Origin: Promethearchaeota archaeon
Lineage (GTDB): Archaea > Asgardarchaeota > Lokiarchaeia > Sigyniarchaeales > SOKP01
Assembly (NCBI GenBank): GCA_029838195.1
Contig: JALGVJ010000012.1
Span: 47,732-111,731, forward strand
Length of the DNA stretch: 64,000 nucleotides
Direction of reading: 5' to 3'
Numbering within the stretch: the first letter of the stretch is position 1; each line of letters opens with the position of its first letter. The position numbers were made by a program, and so were the translations under genes. Of this stretch, positions 1 through 10,634 are shown one piece after another. Under the pieces are notes generated by a model, which was not told where the DNA came from, searched no databases, and saw only the letters and a list, made by a program, of their open reading frames with translations.

Positions 1-66
1 ATCGAGGGAGGAGTTTGGGAATTTGAAATGGATATTACCAATAAATTGCGTCGAGAAAATCGCTGA
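1..66 (+). CDS. 3' end of a gene entering the window (IEGGVWEFEMDITNKLRRENR*)
   Basis: Frame 1 open from base 1 to TGA at 64-66; product not identifiable. Confidence 0.4.
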   Translation: MEGGVWEFEMDITNKLRRENR

Positions 67-167
67 CGAGTATTTGAAGGTTTAACACTCACAATTAGTT
101 GATCATTAATATAGGTGGAGGTGATCCCTTGATTTCATTATTAATTACCGAATTTCATGCTAACTAT

Positions 168-995
168 ATGAAAGAAGGTTTATCCGATAGGGTAATTGAT
201 GATTTTCGAAGAATTATTTTGGGGTATTATAATAAAAATAAGCGAAAATTTCCCTTTCGAGAAACGAGAAATGAATATTACGTGTTAGTAAGTGAAATCA
301 TGCTACAACAAACTCAAACGGGTGCGGTAGCGGAAAAATTCCTTAAATTCATAGAGTTATTTCCAGATTTTGCCTCGCTAGCTCGAGCTTCCTTAGAGGA
401 TGTATTGAACGCGTGGCAAGGATTAGGATATAACCGAAGAGCTCTTGCTTTAAAGACCATCGCAGAAAAAATCGTGAAAAACCATAGGGGTAAATTACCA
501 AGAGATAAAGAAATCTTAATTTCTTTTCCTCAGATCGGAGACTCTACGGCATCATCCATTCTTGCATTTGCCTTTAATGAGCCCACCGTATTTATAGAAA
601 CTAATATTAGACGCGTGTATTTGTACTATTTTTTTCCCGATCAATACGTGGTAAAGGATACAGAGATTTATCCGATCGTAGAAAAAACGCTTGATTGAGA
701 AAATCCGAGGGGATGATATAATGCATTAATGGACCATGGAGTCATGTTCAAAAAGAAATTTCCAAACTTGAATAAAAGGAGCTTTCATTATAAAAAACAA
801 AAAAAATTTGAGGGGTCCACCAGACAACTAAGGGGAAAAATATTAAAAATTCTTCTTACAAAAAAAGTCATTAACAAACACGAGTTAATGAAAGAATTGA
901 ATATTAATGAAAAGAAATTAAGTGAGATAACAATTAGATTAGAAAGAGAGGGTTTTATAACAAAAAAGGATAAACAAATTGTTTTAAACACCTAA
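168..995 (+). pseudogene. mutY: A/G-specific adenine glycosylase (HhH-GPD, MutY-like, C-terminal wHTH) broken by two in-frame TGA codons
   Basis: VSEIMLQQTQ, WQGLGYNRRA, PQIG-STASSI, ETNIRRV motifs; ORFs 99-698 and 729-995 share a frame, linked by LD*ENPRG*YNALMDHG (TGA at 696-698 and 714-716). Confidence 0.85.
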
Positions 996-1045
996 CAGGT
1001 TCTCTAATTCAATGGATCTGAAAATATTCTCGTTTTAGACGGAAA

Positions 1046-2362
1046 TTATTTAGAACTCCGCTGTTTTAAAAATTTTTTGGCTAATTGAGCTTGTCTTTTC
1101 CATGAACCGAATAAATTTCCGTTAGAAGTTAGCTTTTCTATCACGTTCAATAAATTTCCTTTCAGGAATCCCGGAGCTTTCGAAGAAAAAGGTGTTTGAG
1201 GTAGGGGCATGAAGTAGTGAGCGTGAATTGTCGCTCCAAGCTTCGTTAAATCTTTCATTACTTTAATTGTTTTCTCTACATCACTTTCATTTTCTCCCGG
1301 TAATCCAAAAATAAAATCCACGATTGCTTTTAATTTATATTTAGTTGTTAATTCCACGGCTTTACAAATATCTTCTACGGAATGTCCTCTATTACAAGAA
1401 TCTAATATTTTTTGACTCCCAGATTGGGCTCCTATTACGATATTATCATTAGATGCGTATTTTTTAATTAACTCAAGAGAAGCGGGAATGACATGTTCAG
1501 GTCGCGCTTCGGAAGGAAATGTACCAAAAAAAAGCCTTCCTTTCTTAGAAAAGCGATCCTTGGTCGTTCTCAAAAGCTCCTCAATTTTATTTAGATTCAG
1601 CTTTTTTCCGTCAATAGAACCGTAAGAAAAAGCATTAGGTGCCACGAATCTCACATCCGTGTGATCCTTGAATTGTTCAACCAAATCATCCACATGCTCG
1701 CAAATAGATTCTATACTTCTATGCCGAGGCTTGGTACCGAAAATGTGGGGTGTTTGGCAAAAATAACAAGCATGAGGACATCCTCTTGTGATTTCAATGG
1801 GGCCAAATCTTTTAAATTGGTGTTTGGGAAATGAGCGATAATCATCCAATTGAATAAAGGAACGCTTTCCGATGTATTGATGCTTTCCTTGCTCGTTAAT
1901 GAAATAAATTCCTTTAACTTTTCTGATATCATCATTGTTTTTAACGTGTTTTAGGAGTTCAGAAAAAGTTTTCTCTCCCTCCCCAAGAACGCCAATATCA
2001 ACTCCTATATCCAGAGTTCTTCGAGGATCACCTGTAGGATGAGGCCCACCCGCAATTAACTGAAGTTTTTTCCCATATCTCCTTTTTAAATTCTTCACGA
2101 GCCATTTTATTTCAAAAAACTGGGAAGTGAAAAGGGAAAAGCAAACATGGAGGAGAGCATGAGTTCTTAATAATTCATTTATTTTTTGAAGAAGATCCCA
2201 TTGAGACTCAATAATGAAAATATCCATGTCTCTCCCTTCTAAAACGTTTTCCGTTTCCAAAGCTGCTAAGAGAGCATTCCAACTATTCTTATTCACGTGC
2301 TCGTGATAAAGGATTACTGCGGTATCTTTAATAATATCACCTTCGAAATCATTAATATCCAT
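1046..2362 (-). CDS. B12-binding domain/radical SAM protein (TIGR04013-like)
   Basis: AGGPHPTGDP, GEGE, EITRGCPHACYFC, FFGTFPSEARPE. Confidence 0.85.
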   Translation of the reverse strand: MDINDFEGDIIKDTAVILYHEHVNKNSWNALLAALETENVLEGRDMDIFIIESQWDLLQKINELLRTHALLHVCFSLFTSQFFEIKWLVKNLKRRYGKKLQLIAGGPHPTGDPRRTLDIGVDIGVLGEGEKTFSELLKHVKNNDDIRKVKGIYFINEQGKHQYIGKRSFIQLDDYRSFPKHQFKRFGPIEITRGCPHACYFCQTPHIFGTKPRHRSIESICEHVDDLVEQFKDHTDVRFVAPNAFSYGSIDGKKLNLNKIEELLRTTKDRFSKKGRLFFGTFPSEARPEHVIPASLELIKKYASNDNIVIGAQSGSQKILDSCNRGHSVEDICKAVELTTKYKLKAIVDFIFGLPGENESDVEKTIKVMKDLTKLGATIHAHYFMPLPQTPFSSKAPGFLKGNLLNVIEKLTSNGNLFGSWKRQAQLAKKFLKQRSSK

Positions 2363-2501
2363 GCCACTTAAAAAGGTTCATGGTTCTTATATTAAAATTA
2401 AGCGAACAATAATTAATCATCTAAATTTATTAACCACCATTTTATTATATTATTAACCTAAAATATTCATTATAGTAGAAATTCCCATCAAGTGAAAGAT
2501 A

Positions 2502-2969
2502 ATGCTATTTAATTGGTTAATTGCCACTTCCATCGATGAAGTGGGTGTCAGTTGGTTTGATTTTTATAGTTTAGGCCATATATGTTTTGGAATCGGTGTT
2601 TTTTTGTTTTTTTCCCTATTTTATACCATTCCGAAGCATCAAGGGAAAATTCCTATCTTTTCCCTATTATTCGTTTTTATTTGCTCGCTTGCCGTTCTCA
2701 TTACATGGGAGCTTTTAGAGAATTCCCTTTTTATTGAACTTGGATGGAAGTTTGAAGGGAGAGCAGATAGCTGGCAAAACATTACCACGGACATCATATT
2801 GGGGGTCGTGGGCGCCCTTTTCACGTGGCTTTATTGCTATTTAGTATTCGAGAAAGAGAAGAAACTCTGGCTCTATTACCTCTATGGACTGCTTGCTTTT
2901 GGCATCTGGTTAATATTTTTCTTCATTGGACGCTATATAACGTACTGGTATGCGGGACTCTACGCTTGA
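2502..2969 (+). CDS. Membrane protein with conserved H/WE/D motifs (DUF2585-like)
   Basis: 4 hydrophobic segments; DFYSLGH, WELLEN, DSWQNITTDII. Confidence 0.6.
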   Translation: MLFNWLIATSIDEVGVSWFDFYSLGHICFGIGVFLFFSLFYTIPKHQGKIPIFSLLFVFICSLAVLITWELLENSLFIELGWKFEGRADSWQNITTDIILGVVGALFTWLYCYLVFEKEKKLWLYYLYGLLAFGIWLIFFFIGRYITYWYAGLYA

Positions 2970-3115
2970 TGTGGCTTTTTAAATTTTTTACCCATAAAAA
3001 TCGATATTATTATTTTTTTTTCCCTATTTATTAAATTTACTTTTTCTTTTATTAAAGAAAGCTTTAGATTCTCGGGACACCTTTTCCATTAAACCTTTAA
3101 AGGATTAAATCTAAT

Positions 3116-3913
3116 ATGATACTACCCATGGTGGAAAAAGTAATAAAAATGCCCATGTTTTTTGAAAAAGGCACGATTCCTTTAATATTTTCAGTACCGC
3201 ATGGAGGTTCCTTAAGGTGTAAGGAAATTCCTGAAAGAGAAAATGGTATATTTGGGATTGATAAAGGAACGATAGAAATAGCAAGAAAATTATGCTCCAT
3301 CATTTCCTCTCGATTAAAGATTAAAGAAAATAATGAAAAATCCATTCCTTCTCTCATCATATCCAACCTAAAGCGCTCACAAATTGACCTCAATAGAGAT
3401 GAACATGAAGCCTTTAATTCTAACTCGAAAATAGCCAAAAAACTATATCATTTTTATCATGATAAAATACGAGAATTCATTTCCTATAATTTAAAGTATT
3501 TTGGAATATCTCTTCTGATTGACATTCATGGATTTGAAAAACATAAGCGACCAGCGGGATTTAGGGACGTGGATATCGTCCTTGGAACTAATAATTTAAA
3601 TTCCATTTCAAACACCCCTATTCCAAGAAAGGATTGGGATAAAAATATTAGAGGGATGCTCATTAAAAAATTCTTGGAACATGATATTCCTATTGCGCCG
3701 GGCCATCCGAGAAGAAGGGAATACGTGCTCACGGGCGGATATATAACTCAAATCCATGGAGCATCGAGCATTAATAATAGTCAGGCGATTCAAGTTGAAT
3801 TTTCCGATAAAATTCGAATACATTATAAAAAGTATCAACAAGAAATCTTAGAAATCATGGCAACCGCGATTATCGAATATTTAGATACTGCTCAAACATT
3901 AAAAATAGGTTGA
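3116..3913 (+). CDS. N-formylglutamate amidohydrolase-like protein
   Basis: SVPHGG, IDLNR, LIDIHGF, GGYIT, AIQVEF. Confidence 0.75.
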   Translation: MILPMVEKVIKMPMFFEKGTIPLIFSVPHGGSLRCKEIPERENGIFGIDKGTIEIARKLCSIISSRLKIKENNEKSIPSLIISNLKRSQIDLNRDEHEAFNSNSKIAKKLYHFYHDKIREFISYNLKYFGISLLIDIHGFEKHKRPAGFRDVDIVLGTNNLNSISNTPIPRKDWDKNIRGMLIKKFLEHDIPIAPGHPRRREYVLTGGYITQIHGASSINNSQAIQVEFSDKIRIHYKKYQQEILEIMATAIIEYLDTAQTLKIG

Positions 3914-4226
3914 AATATCCGTGAAATTTATTCTTAAACATAGTGTTTCCATCAAAAAAAAAATCAAATCCGCATGATATGGTTTAGATTTATCTTACCT
4001 CACTACAATATCCATGTTTCGCAAGGTTTTATTTCACGCTTGCTTAATGGGTGAAAATTCTCTTTCTCATATGGCCAAATGACTTGAAGATATAGAAGAA
4101 TAGAATTTTTAGTGGTCTTAAATAAAGGTTTAGACTATTTTGTTGAAAATTGATGATATCTCTTCTTATTAATGGATTCTTCTAAATGATAAAATATTAT
4201 ATTAAAATTTCATTTTACACGATAAT

Positions 4227-4970
4227 ATGGCTCGCTCTGAAAATTTTAAGATAGGATTTGTTTTCGACCTCGATGGAACTTTAATAAATAGCATGGATAT
4301 TCGAAAAATAATAGCTAAAGAAATTTATGAGAAATTTAATATCAAAACCAATGACAAAATTGAACGAGAGATTGAAGAATTAATATATGAACTGGTGGGG
4401 GGCGAAAACAGGAAGCACTTAACAACCAAAGTAATGCTTTCAGTGTTTAAAAAATTAGGATTATCATTTTTTCAAAGAATTAAAGCGTTAATGATGGCAA
4501 ATAAAATTTTTAAAAGAGAATCAAAAAATATCACCCTCTATGAGGGCGTGAAGGAATTATTTCAAATTTTAGATGAGAAAAACATCCCTTATACCATCGC
4601 TACGACCTCCTCAAAAAAAGAAGTGGAAGAACGACTTTCAAAATTCCCGGAGTTTTACAAGAAATTTGATGGCAAAATCATTACTCGAAGTGATGTGAAA
4701 AATTTGAAACCCCATCCCGAAAGCATCATTAAAGCTTCAAAAATAATGAATGTTCCCATTAATAATATTATAGTGATTGGGGACATGTATACGGACGTTC
4801 AAATGGGAAAGAATGTACACGCTATTACCGTGGGTGTCGCAACGGGATTTCTCTCAAAAGAACAATTAAAACAACTTGAGCCGGATTTTATAGTTGAAAC
4901 GGTTGCGGATGTGAAAGAAATATTGAGTGATATCATGGCGGAAATAGAAAAAAGAGCTACCTTGCTTTAA
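4227..4970 (+). CDS. HAD-superfamily phosphatase (phosphoglycolate phosphatase-like)
   Basis: FDLDGTLINS, KPHP, VIGD..D. Confidence 0.9.
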   Translation: MARSENFKIGFVFDLDGTLINSMDIRKIIAKEIYEKFNIKTNDKIEREIEELIYELVGGENRKHLTTKVMLSVFKKLGLSFFQRIKALMMANKIFKRESKNITLYEGVKELFQILDEKNIPYTIATTSSKKEVEERLSKFPEFYKKFDGKIITRSDVKNLKPHPESIIKASKIMNVPINNIIVIGDMYTDVQMGKNVHAITVGVATGFLSKEQLKQLEPDFIVETVADVKEILSDIMAEIEKRATLL

Positions 4971-5136
4971 AAGTCAAAATTCTTTTTAATAGTATTTCGA
5001 TTTAAAATAACAAAAATTTTTATAGAAAACTTTTCATTAATTTTCACATTCTACTCAACAATAATTAATAAAAAGTATTAAAAATCGGTTAATATTTAAA
5101 TTGAACTATTTAACAACGCAGAGAATTTTAATTTAA

Positions 5137-5481
5137 ATGAATGATAATATCGATCCTGTTGATCCTAAAGATTTACAATCATTTATTGATGGATTAAAAA
5201 CATCTTTAGATTTTTTAGGCGAAGCAGACCCGATAGAATCGAAAGGATTTCAAGCTCAACTCGCTAAAGCGATTTCAAAGCTTAGAATAAAAAAAGTAGC
5301 GAAGATTGATGAAATTAAACCGCAGTTCGAACGATTTTCAAGAGAAGATTTAAAGCAATACCTTTTAGAAGAATTAAAAGCATTAAAAGATAGAATTGAA
5401 CTGAAAGACATCAGCTCTTTCAAGCGATATGAGCTTGCATTGGAAATCACCAAATTACGAGAACGGATCTCCAAATTATAA
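5137..5481 (+). CDS. Hypothetical helical protein
   Basis: 114-aa ORF co-oriented with neighbours. Confidence 0.6.
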   Translation: MNDNIDPVDPKDLQSFIDGLKTSLDFLGEADPIESKGFQAQLAKAISKLRIKKVAKIDEIKPQFERFSREDLKQYLLEELKALKDRIELKDISSFKRYELALEITKLRERISKL

Positions 5482-5529
5482 CTTCTTGGTTTCTTTTCGT
5501 TTCTTGTTTTTCTCATTTAGTTTATCAAG

Positions 5530-6294
5530 GTGGTAAAAATGATATGTGATGTGCATTGTCACGTGAATTTATATCTCACCTTAGATCAAATCATTGAGGA
5601 AGCTTTAAACGCTGGCGTGAATAAAATTATCGCCGTAGGAATGAGTTATATTGGTTTAAAACGCATTATTGAAATCTCGAGCCAACAGGATATCATTTAT
5701 CCGGCATTAGGAATCCATCCGGAGGAAGTCAAGATGAATAAAAATATCGAAAATCAAATGGAAAGCGCATGCGATTATATTAAAAAACATGCCGATAAAA
5801 TAGTTGCCATTGGAGAAATTGGGATTGACCATTATTTTATTAAAGAAAAAGAACTTTACCCCCTTCAAGAAAAGATTTTTAAAAAAATGCTTGAATTAGC
5901 TCAAGAATTAGCATTACCCGTCAATCTTCACACGAAAGGAGGAGAAAAACAAGTTTTTGATTTACTTCCCAGTTATTCAATACCGAATGTTAATATTCAT
6001 TGGTATTCGGGACCAGAAAAATATTTAAAAGAAGGAATGGATAGAGGCTATTACTTTTCCATTACTCCCGCTATTTCTTATTCTCCCGCCGTGCACAATA
6101 CCGTTGAAATGGTCGATATTTACCATCTTTTAGTGGAGAGTGATGGTCCTGTGAAATATAAAGGAAAAATTGGCACGCCTGCCATGATACGCCAAGTAAT
6201 TCGATCCATTTCCCTAATTAAAAACGTACCAGAAGGGGAAATTGAGGAGCAAATCTATCAAAACACGAGACACATTTTCCCTAAACTCTTTTAA
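5530..6294 (+). CDS. tatD: TatD-family hydrolase
   Basis: DVHCH, GIHP, IGEIGID, HWYSG, VESDGP. Confidence 0.9.
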   Translation: MVKMICDVHCHVNLYLTLDQIIEEALNAGVNKIIAVGMSYIGLKRIIEISSQQDIIYPALGIHPEEVKMNKNIENQMESACDYIKKHADKIVAIGEIGIDHYFIKEKELYPLQEKIFKKMLELAQELALPVNLHTKGGEKQVFDLLPSYSIPNVNIHWYSGPEKYLKEGMDRGYYFSITPAISYSPAVHNTVEMVDIYHLLVESDGPVKYKGKIGTPAMIRQVIRSISLIKNVPEGEIEEQIYQNTRHIFPKLF

Positions 6295-6356
6295 AGTTCT
6301 AATCTCTTTTTCTTATTTTAAACCTTGAATATTTTATCTTTTTCATTTACTCGCTA

Positions 6357-7349
6357 TTATTCAGTTTGCGATAAATCTTCTCGCATTCTCATTCTTTCTA
6401 ATAGATCTTCTACTTCGGGAATGGTATTTCCATAAATATGAAGGGAATTACTAAAATCGACGTAATGACCAATTTCCACATTTAATTGTTCTGCGACGTA
6501 TTTCTGAATTCTAATCATTCCATTCACGTTGGCTTCCCAAGCTCGAAACAAATCCCTGCTTCTCCACGTGGTTTGCATTAAAAGATGGTCATTTTTAATG
6601 CGCATGTAAATTCTCTGGAGACAAGGCGGGTCAAAATGATAAGGATCTACTAAGGGACGCCATGTTATGGCTTGAGCCCTTCTACTATAGGGTTTTTCTC
6701 TTAATTTCTCTATGATATACTTTATTTGATTGACCCTTGGAAAATTAAAAATTCCCATGGGAAGCTTTTCAAATCCCATTTGGTCTTTGATTTCCTTATC
6801 CAAGTGTATTTCCATTCCTTCCTCTAATTTCCAAACGTAGGTGTCTTTTATTTTTTCTATTTTTTTTGCCCTGTTTAATTTTTCATGATGGATAACTGAG
6901 TCGTTGTTCACGATCTCCATGTTATAATGCTTATGAATCGTATCTTCCAGAGAATAAGGCGCATAATTAAAAATCCGATCGTGGTAAGAATAAGGAAAAC
7001 TCGTCCCGGATTCTTGAATGTACTTATCATTCACGCCTTCCATGATTTCTTCGATATAACCACTCTGAATGGAACCAATTAAATAAGTATCTCCTAAATT
7101 ACCGTACACCTCGTGATAATTTCCAAACTTGGATTTTATTTTCAAGATTTTATTTTTTCTCGTTATGGGTTCGCTGAAGGGTTCTTTAACTTCAATTAAA
7201 ACCGTAGCATCCCGAGAGAGAGGATCGCCGGGTTTATCATATTCTGTCTTGATCTCATCACCCTTGTACAGAACCTCTTGTAAGGCTTTCAGCCACGCTC
7301 TTTTCACGCTTTTTTCGGAAATAAAAAATATTTTTGCCATGGAAAACAA
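6357..7349 (-). CDS. thyA: Archaeal thymidylate synthase-like protein
   Basis: YSYHDR, SRRAQAITW, PPCLQ, WRSRD, NSLHIY. Confidence 0.8.
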   Translation of the reverse strand: MFSMAKIFFISEKSVKRAWLKALQEVLYKGDEIKTEYDKPGDPLSRDATVLIEVKEPFSEPITRKNKILKIKSKFGNYHEVYGNLGDTYLIGSIQSGYIEEIMEGVNDKYIQESGTSFPYSYHDRIFNYAPYSLEDTIHKHYNMEIVNNDSVIHHEKLNRAKKIEKIKDTYVWKLEEGMEIHLDKEIKDQMGFEKLPMGIFNFPRVNQIKYIIEKLREKPYSRRAQAITWRPLVDPYHFDPPCLQRIYMRIKNDHLLMQTTWRSRDLFRAWEANVNGMIRIQKYVAEQLNVEIGHYVDFSNSLHIYGNTIPEVEDLLERMRMREDLSQTE

Positions 7350-7527
7350 GTAGAAATTTTTGGAATAATAAATATCAACATTATTTTAAGATTTTTATTA
7401 TAAACTTAATAGTTATTATAAGATAGTTGATAGTTAAACAAATGTATTTAAATGAAAAAATATTTAGAAATAAATTTATTTAATGTTTATGGAAATTTAA
7501 CTAATAAAATTAGGTGATGAGAGTAAA

Positions 7528-7818
7528 ATGAAATTAAATCTTGAGTTTTCGCCCCCTTTCAACGAGATTACCGGAAAAGTATTTCAAACCATGGAATTTG
7601 AAAAACCCCTCACGCTCCGAGAATTATTACAACGCCTTAAGGAAAAGTTCGGGCAAAAATTCTATGATTTAATCTGGGAAAATGGGAATGAAAATCAATT
7701 TAATAAATTACTCTCCATCATTATCAATGGACATTCTTACAGACATGAAAAATTTTTAGATACGGTCTTAAAAGACGGCGATGATATAGTATTTATCTAC
7801 ATCTATTTTGGAGGGTAA
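7528..7818 (+). CDS. MoaD/ThiS (SAMP-like) ubiquitin-fold protein
   Basis: IIING, LKDGD, C-terminal GG. Confidence 0.85.
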   Translation: MKLNLEFSPPFNEITGKVFQTMEFEKPLTLRELLQRLKEKFGQKFYDLIWENGNENQFNKLLSIIINGHSYRHEKFLDTVLKDGDDIVFIYIYFGG

Positions 7819-7828
7819 GAGTAAACAG

Positions 7829-8239
7829 TTAAAATTCTTCCCAAAATTTTTTAATGGGCTCTTGAAGGGCGTCCTCTATTACTTTTTCAAATTCCTCAAA
7901 TTTACTCAACTCGTAATCAAAATTTTCATTTTGTACCTCAGGGTAAAGCTTTAAGAATTTCTCAGCAATCGCTTCCAATTCGGCATTTACTTTTTTTTCT
8001 TTTACCTTTTTTGAATAATTGCAAATGAAGAGTAGATCTTTTTTCTTTATTAACGTAAATTTTTTATCACTTAATTCAAAATTACTTAATCCTCCTTCCG
8101 ATAATTGCTCAGCAAATGAATTTAAGGCGCTCATCAATGCCCCAAAAAGCTGATCTTCAATTTTCTTATTAAATACTCTGCTAAATAATACAATACCATT
8201 CTTTTTTTGAATCCAAATATCTTGTATGAGCTTGACCAT
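7829..8239 (-). CDS. Stand-alone longin-like domain protein (Asgard eukaryotic-signature type)
   Basis: DIWIQKKNGIVLFSR, QLFGALMSALNSFA, C-terminal F..FE..I pattern. Confidence 0.7.
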   Translation of the reverse strand: MVKLIQDIWIQKKNGIVLFSRVFNKKIEDQLFGALMSALNSFAEQLSEGGLSNFELSDKKFTLIKKKDLLFICNYSKKVKEKKVNAELEAIAEKFLKLYPEVQNENFDYELSKFEEFEKVIEDALQEPIKKFWEEF

Positions 8240-8350
8240 GAAATTCCCCTATTATTTCAAATAGGAAGATGGTTTTTAAATTTAATCTAAATACTCGAAT
8301 AAAAAATTTATCATAAAAAAATAAAGAGATAAATCTTGCTTGACATTATA

Positions 8351-9103
8351 TCAATTAGCCGACTCCGATTTGATTAGGATTTTTTTCATCCATTTGGGTA
8401 GCATGAAAGCGTTATAGAATTCAAAGGCGCTTAATATGAGAATGACTCTGAAAATAATGAGCGTAACTGCATTAGAAGGAAATGTTGCATCTAAGATCGC
8501 TCCCACGCAAAAAGTGGGAAACGCAGCAAGTAAAAGCTTTCCCTTAATTTTTGTTTCTGGATTGTCGATTTTTATGGATTCCCAGGCAAATTTAAGTCCC
8601 GTTAATAAGAAAGAAAAGATAAAAAAGAGCAGGTAAACAATTAATATCGAGGGATTGGCAGTAGTATCCACCGGTGAGATTTTGTGCCCTATATACCCGG
8701 GATCATTGATTAAGAAATAAAGAAATATAATATAAAAAATAAAAGTAATGAGCAGATAAATCCCAATAATCAATTTTTGCCGTTCTTTATAAAGGAAATT
8801 CGTAAAAGCCATGAGCCATGAGATTAAGCCAATTGGCAAGGGAATAAAATTCCATGCTAATATTGCCGCAAAACTTAACCCTTCTCCACCCGTGATCAGA
8901 GCTACGAAAAAAGAAATCGTAGTGCCATACCATCCTGACACAAAAAAACACCACGCAATGCCCACATACAAGAAATTAATATCCTTGTTCTTAAAATATT
9001 TAAACGTGATGATAAGACCTAAAATAATGGAGGTTCCAACTAATAACGTGCCTAAAATGCCGTTTAACAAATCTAAACGGGTTAGACTCATGGTAAAATT
9101 CAA
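8351..9103 (-). CDS. Stand-alone ~7-TM membrane protein
   Basis: Seven hydrophobic segments; C-terminal FMLPKWMKK. Confidence 0.7.
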   Translation of the reverse strand: MNFTMSLTRLDLLNGILGTLLVGTSIILGLIITFKYFKNKDINFLYVGIAWCFFVSGWYGTTISFFVALITGGEGLSFAAILAWNFIPLPIGLISWLMAFTNFLYKERQKLIIGIYLLITFIFYIIFLYFLINDPGYIGHKISPVDTTANPSILIVYLLFFIFSFLLTGLKFAWESIKIDNPETKIKGKLLLAAFPTFCVGAILDATFPSNAVTLIIFRVILILSAFEFYNAFMLPKWMKKILIKSESAN

Positions 9104-9560
9104 GGGTTCAATTTTTAATTTGTTAATTGCATATTGTTTTTCTTTAGTTAAAATAATTAATTCAATTCGTAATAAAGGTTTAGATCTTGATGAATGCGTT
9201 CGCTAAGAAAATTTTAGGTTTATCTAGTTTTTAAACTACTGATTACTGATTTCAACATTTAACAATCTTTTAAACGGTAGCAAAATGATCATTATCTCAT
9301 GAATCAGTTCCCAAACAAATCACCTGGTAAAAGAGTCGTGATCAAATCAAAATTTTTTCTAGGGGACATCTAAAAGGTAACATTTAAAAAGAATAAAAAT
9401 AATATATTTTTGCCCTCTTATAGGCTATTCGCATGGAAATGGTGTGAGAATCCCTCTCATCATTCTTATTCTAATTTGAATGGATGATTTTAAGTTAGAT
9501 GAAAATTCCATTTAGAATGCATTTGAAATCAGGAATCAATTTTAGTGAAGAAGATCAAAA

Positions 9561-10514
9561 ATGGCCGAAGTTTTAATGTATAGTTTGTTGTTAGTAGGAG
9601 GAATCGTTTTAATCATGTATTCCAGTAGAGTAGCTGTAATTCATTCTGCTAGATTAGCTTCTCAATTAGGAGTCTCAAGTTTAATCATAGGGATAACTCT
9701 TGTATCTATTGGAACTGATTTCCCCGAAATATTTAATTCCATCATTTCCAGTTATTTAGGCCATAGTGACATTAACGTGGGTGATTCTGTAGGTTCAGTT
9801 TTAACGCAATTAACTTTAGTGTTTGGCTTATTACCTTTCCTCTGCGGAACGATTTATATAAAACGAAAAGAATTCATTATTATTGGTTCATGTTTAGTCT
9901 TATCATTATTTTTGATTTTTACCGTGGTGGAAAAGGGCTATTTCACTCGTTTAGATGCCTTATTCATGCTGTTAAGTTTTATATTTTATACACTTATTAC
10001 TTATAACGTTACGCATTCTGACATGTTAGAAAAAGTAGATCTGATGGTTTTAGACAAATATAAACCAAAAAAGATACACCTCATGTTAGCGATTTTAGGT
10101 TTTCTGGGAGTTGCTATTAGTTCCTTTATTATCATCCAATCGATAATTATTTTATCATCTTTCTTACAAATTCCCGAATATATTTTAAGTTATACCATTT
10201 TAGCTATTGGGACATCTTCCCCTGAGTTATTCATAGAAGTCACGGCAATTAAAAAAAAAGAATATAACATTGCAATTGGAGATGCCTTAGGAAGTTGTAT
10301 CGTTGATGCTTCTATATCCATTGCGATAGGAAATTTCTTATTTCCTCAGAATGTTTCCGCAGAATTGGCCATGCCCACTATCCTCTATACAATAATTTCT
10401 TGCACAATGGTAATAGTGTTGGTCTCGGTCAGGCAAAAGTTAGACAAGAAAGCGGGAGCCATATTAATCTCATTGTATGCGATTTCCTTCATCTTATTTA
10501 TCTTTATTCTATAA
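9561..10514 (+). CDS. Na+/Ca2+ exchanger (CaCA/YrbG family)
   Basis: Alpha repeats GTDFPE and GTSSPE; multi-TM. Confidence 0.9.
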   Translation: MAEVLMYSLLLVGGIVLIMYSSRVAVIHSARLASQLGVSSLIIGITLVSIGTDFPEIFNSIISSYLGHSDINVGDSVGSVLTQLTLVFGLLPFLCGTIYIKRKEFIIIGSCLVLSLFLIFTVVEKGYFTRLDALFMLLSFIFYTLITYNVTHSDMLEKVDLMVLDKYKPKKIHLMLAILGFLGVAISSFIIIQSIIILSSFLQIPEYILSYTILAIGTSSPELFIEVTAIKKKEYNIAIGDALGSCIVDASISIAIGNFLFPQNVSAELAMPTILYTIISCTMVIVLVSVRQKLDKKAGAILISLYAISFILFIFIL

Positions 10515-10634
10515 CACCTAATTTAAATCATGAATATTTCATACACCCCATTCAATTTCATGAGGAGGGAAGGAAATATTTTAAATTAGAAAAAATTACA
10601 TTAATCCTATCCGAAAAGTTATCGTTGAATTCTT

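Noticed and set aside
696-716. TGA recoding (Sec or Trp) in the mutY-like gene
   Set aside because: The stops align with Arg/Trp rather than Cys positions, TGA ends many intact genes here, and no SECIS was recognised
699-728. The 30-nt gap in mutY as a second BHB intron
   Set aside because: The segment encodes expected family residues (ENPR..Y.AL) and no BHB fold was found
5137-5200. Similarity of DNIDPVDPKDLQSFI to DSIDPVNSDNLTSWI in the TIGR04255 tail
   Set aside because: Too short to distinguish from chance
9420-9540. Possible fluoride riboswitch before the CaCA exchanger
   Set aside because: Only a GGAAATGGTGT resemblance; the pseudoknot pairing could not be built
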